From an uncultured Verrucomicrobiae bacterium (GTDB taxonomy: Bacteria; Verrucomicrobiota; Verrucomicrobiia; Chthoniobacterales; UBA10450), in the NCBI GenBank assembly GCA_963735805.1, contig CAVTMK010000001.1:1-64000 (forward strand): DNA of 64,000 bases, in the 5' to 3' direction. The first letter of the stretch is position 1, and each line of letters starts with the position of its first letter. The notes beneath the pieces were generated by a model that searched no databases, had not been told where the DNA came from, and worked only from the letters and a program-made list of their open reading frames with translations. Made by a program: the position numbers and the translations under genes. Shown in pieces: positions 62,415-64,000 of this stretch.

Positions 62415-62632
62415 CCGCCCGATGCGCGCAACCGTGCGTAACTCGCCACTACGAATTTTGCTTGTCACATAAACAATTTTTGACCACCCTCAAAAATTGT
62501 GAGGGCCTCCTCCACTACGCTCTCCTCGCGACAGCATTTTGTAATTATTGCTGGCGACAGCACGGCCGCCAGAGAAGTAATCGCTGCGATTATTCACCGG
62601 GACCCGGCCCAAATTAACAGGAGATTGAAACC

Positions 62633-64000
62633 ATGACGCGACTGACACACGCAAGCTTAGCTTTACTGATTGCAGGTTGGGTGTGTGGACTGACGGCAAG
62701 CTCATCTTTCGTAACGACTGCAAGTGCACAGAGTCAAAACAACGCAAAGCAAAAGAAAGAAGAGTCAACCCGGGACGCACCACCGGACATCACTCCGTAC
62801 AGGCGTCCGGCGCTTCCTGGGGATTACGCGCCAAAGGGTGTAAGACCCATCCCACTCCTACCCGGGGTTTTTATAGTGGACACCGTTGTAAACAACACCG
62901 ATCCCAACCTGACGAACACCGATACATTTAACGACGGCGAAACATCCATAACAGTAAATCCGGCGAATCCAAACGAGATCGTCGTTACGGCGTTTTCAGG
63001 GAGCTGGGGAGCGAATGCACCGCTATGGCATTCCACCGACGGAGGAAATATCTGGACCAAGCGATTTACGATCCCTGCGCCGCCCGGTATAGCGGCAGGT
63101 GGTTGTCCCTGCGATCAGACCGTCGATTACGGAACGGCCAATCAAATGTCCGGCACGTTTCTTATCAGCGACATCTTTAGCGGGATAACTACCAACCCGG
63201 CGAGCGCCCCGGCGTGGAACTGGCTTGTTATAGGTGGCGTCACACAGACTACGAATTTCAATAACCTACCTCCACCGGCCGGGGTAGACCAACCCTGGCT
63301 CCTGGTAAATGTGGACCCAATGATACCTACGCAGGACAACGTGTACGACGCCTACGACGACTTTACTAACGGAAATAACTGCGTCGGAGACGCCTGCAAC
63401 GAACGAGTATCTGTCTCCTACGGAGCTAATCCACCTAACTTCACAGTGGATAATCAATCCGGAACAGCCACGGGCAGCATTAACCCGGGGCACCGGCTTG
63501 CCACCGACCCACGAAGCGGTTTCGTCTACAGCTTGTTTCAGCGGAATATCGCTCCAGGAGCTGGCGGATCGAAGAACATCGACTACATGCTTAACCGCTC
63601 CACGGACGGAGGAGCCACTTGGACTCTAAACGGGATGGGCGGTGGTATCATCGTGGCCAATGGCGATAGTACACAGCCAACTCCCAAGTTCGGTACCGTA
63701 AACGCTCTGCTCGGCGGGGTCGATCACGCCGGGGTAGATCCAAATAACGGCGATGTCTATTACGTTTACGGCAATCGTGATGCGGGCACGGGTAACGATC
63801 GTCTCGCTATTCGCCGAATTCAGGAGGACGTAGGGGGTGGCGTGACCGTTGGACCGGAAAACTTTGTGATAGGTCAGGTAGAGGCAGCCATTCCGTCGGT
63901 CGCAGTGACCAGCGACGGGACAGTTGGCGTTTTCTACTACACCTTTGACGGAATGTCGCCGGATAACTTCCCAATCTTTTCGGCCCATCTGGCTCAGAGC
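62633..64000 (+). CDS. Secreted BNR/sialidase-like repeat protein (runs off the right edge)
   Basis: Not in the ORF track. AGGAG then ATG 62633: MTRLTHASLALLIAGWVCG...ETSITVNPANPNEIV...HSTDGGNIW...RSTDGGATW. Confidence 0.8.
   Translation, partial: MTRLTHASLALLIAGWVCGLTASSSFVTTASAQSQNNAKQKKEESTRDAPPDITPYRRPALPGDYAPKGVRPIPLLPGVFIVDTVVNNTDPNLTNTDTFNDGETSITVNPANPNEIVVTAFSGSWGANAPLWHSTDGGNIWTKRFTIPAPPGIAAGGCPCDQTVDYGTANQMSGTFLISDIFSGITTNPASAPAWNWLVIGGVTQTTNFNNLPPPAGVDQPWLLVNVDPMIPTQDNVYDAYDDFTNGNNCVGDACNERVSVSYGANPPNFTVDNQSGTATGSINPGHRLATDPRSGFVYSLFQRNIAPGAGGSKNIDYMLNRSTDGGATWTLNGMGGGIIVANGDSTQPTPKFGTVNALLGGVDHAGVDPNNGDVYYVYGNRDAGTGNDRLAIRRIQEDVGGGVTVGPENFVIGQVEAAIPSVAVTSDGTVGVFYYTFDGMSPDNFPIFSAHLAQS

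Overview
This window looks like DNA from a soil Verrucomicrobia/Chthoniobacterales-type genome (inferred from gene families such as the TIGR02999-type ECF sigma with a Ser/Thr kinase, the cyclase-TolB-TPR protein and the S74 repeat proteins). The first ~30 kb is an accessory region. It holds a TIR-TM-16xWD40 receptor-like gene running off the left edge, a SLATT/DUF4231 gene, an alpha/beta-hydrolase-metacaspase fusion, a sedolisin, FRG and PIN genes, a CotH kinase beside a remnant of a contractile-injection tail, and a cluster of five integron attC sites with no integrase in the window. The best finding is an IS110 element inserted in one attC site. Its left end contains a readable bridge RNA whose four guides match the attC target and the IS donor junction, plus an unexpected third target-complementary segment. 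The accessory region ends at a 5' half tRNA-Arg(CCT). 30-47 kb is a signalling block: cyclase-TPR, haloperoxidase, FG-GAP protein, ECF sigma with kinase, two tandem TonB receptors and a LuxR regulator. 47-64 kb is mostly core: TetR-RND efflux, tilS (with an in-frame REP insertion), gltX, glnS, aroE, nadA, an S74 repeat protein, a dipeptidase and a BNR-repeat protein. About ten small frameshifts, several in short homopolymer runs, suggest long-read assembly errors.
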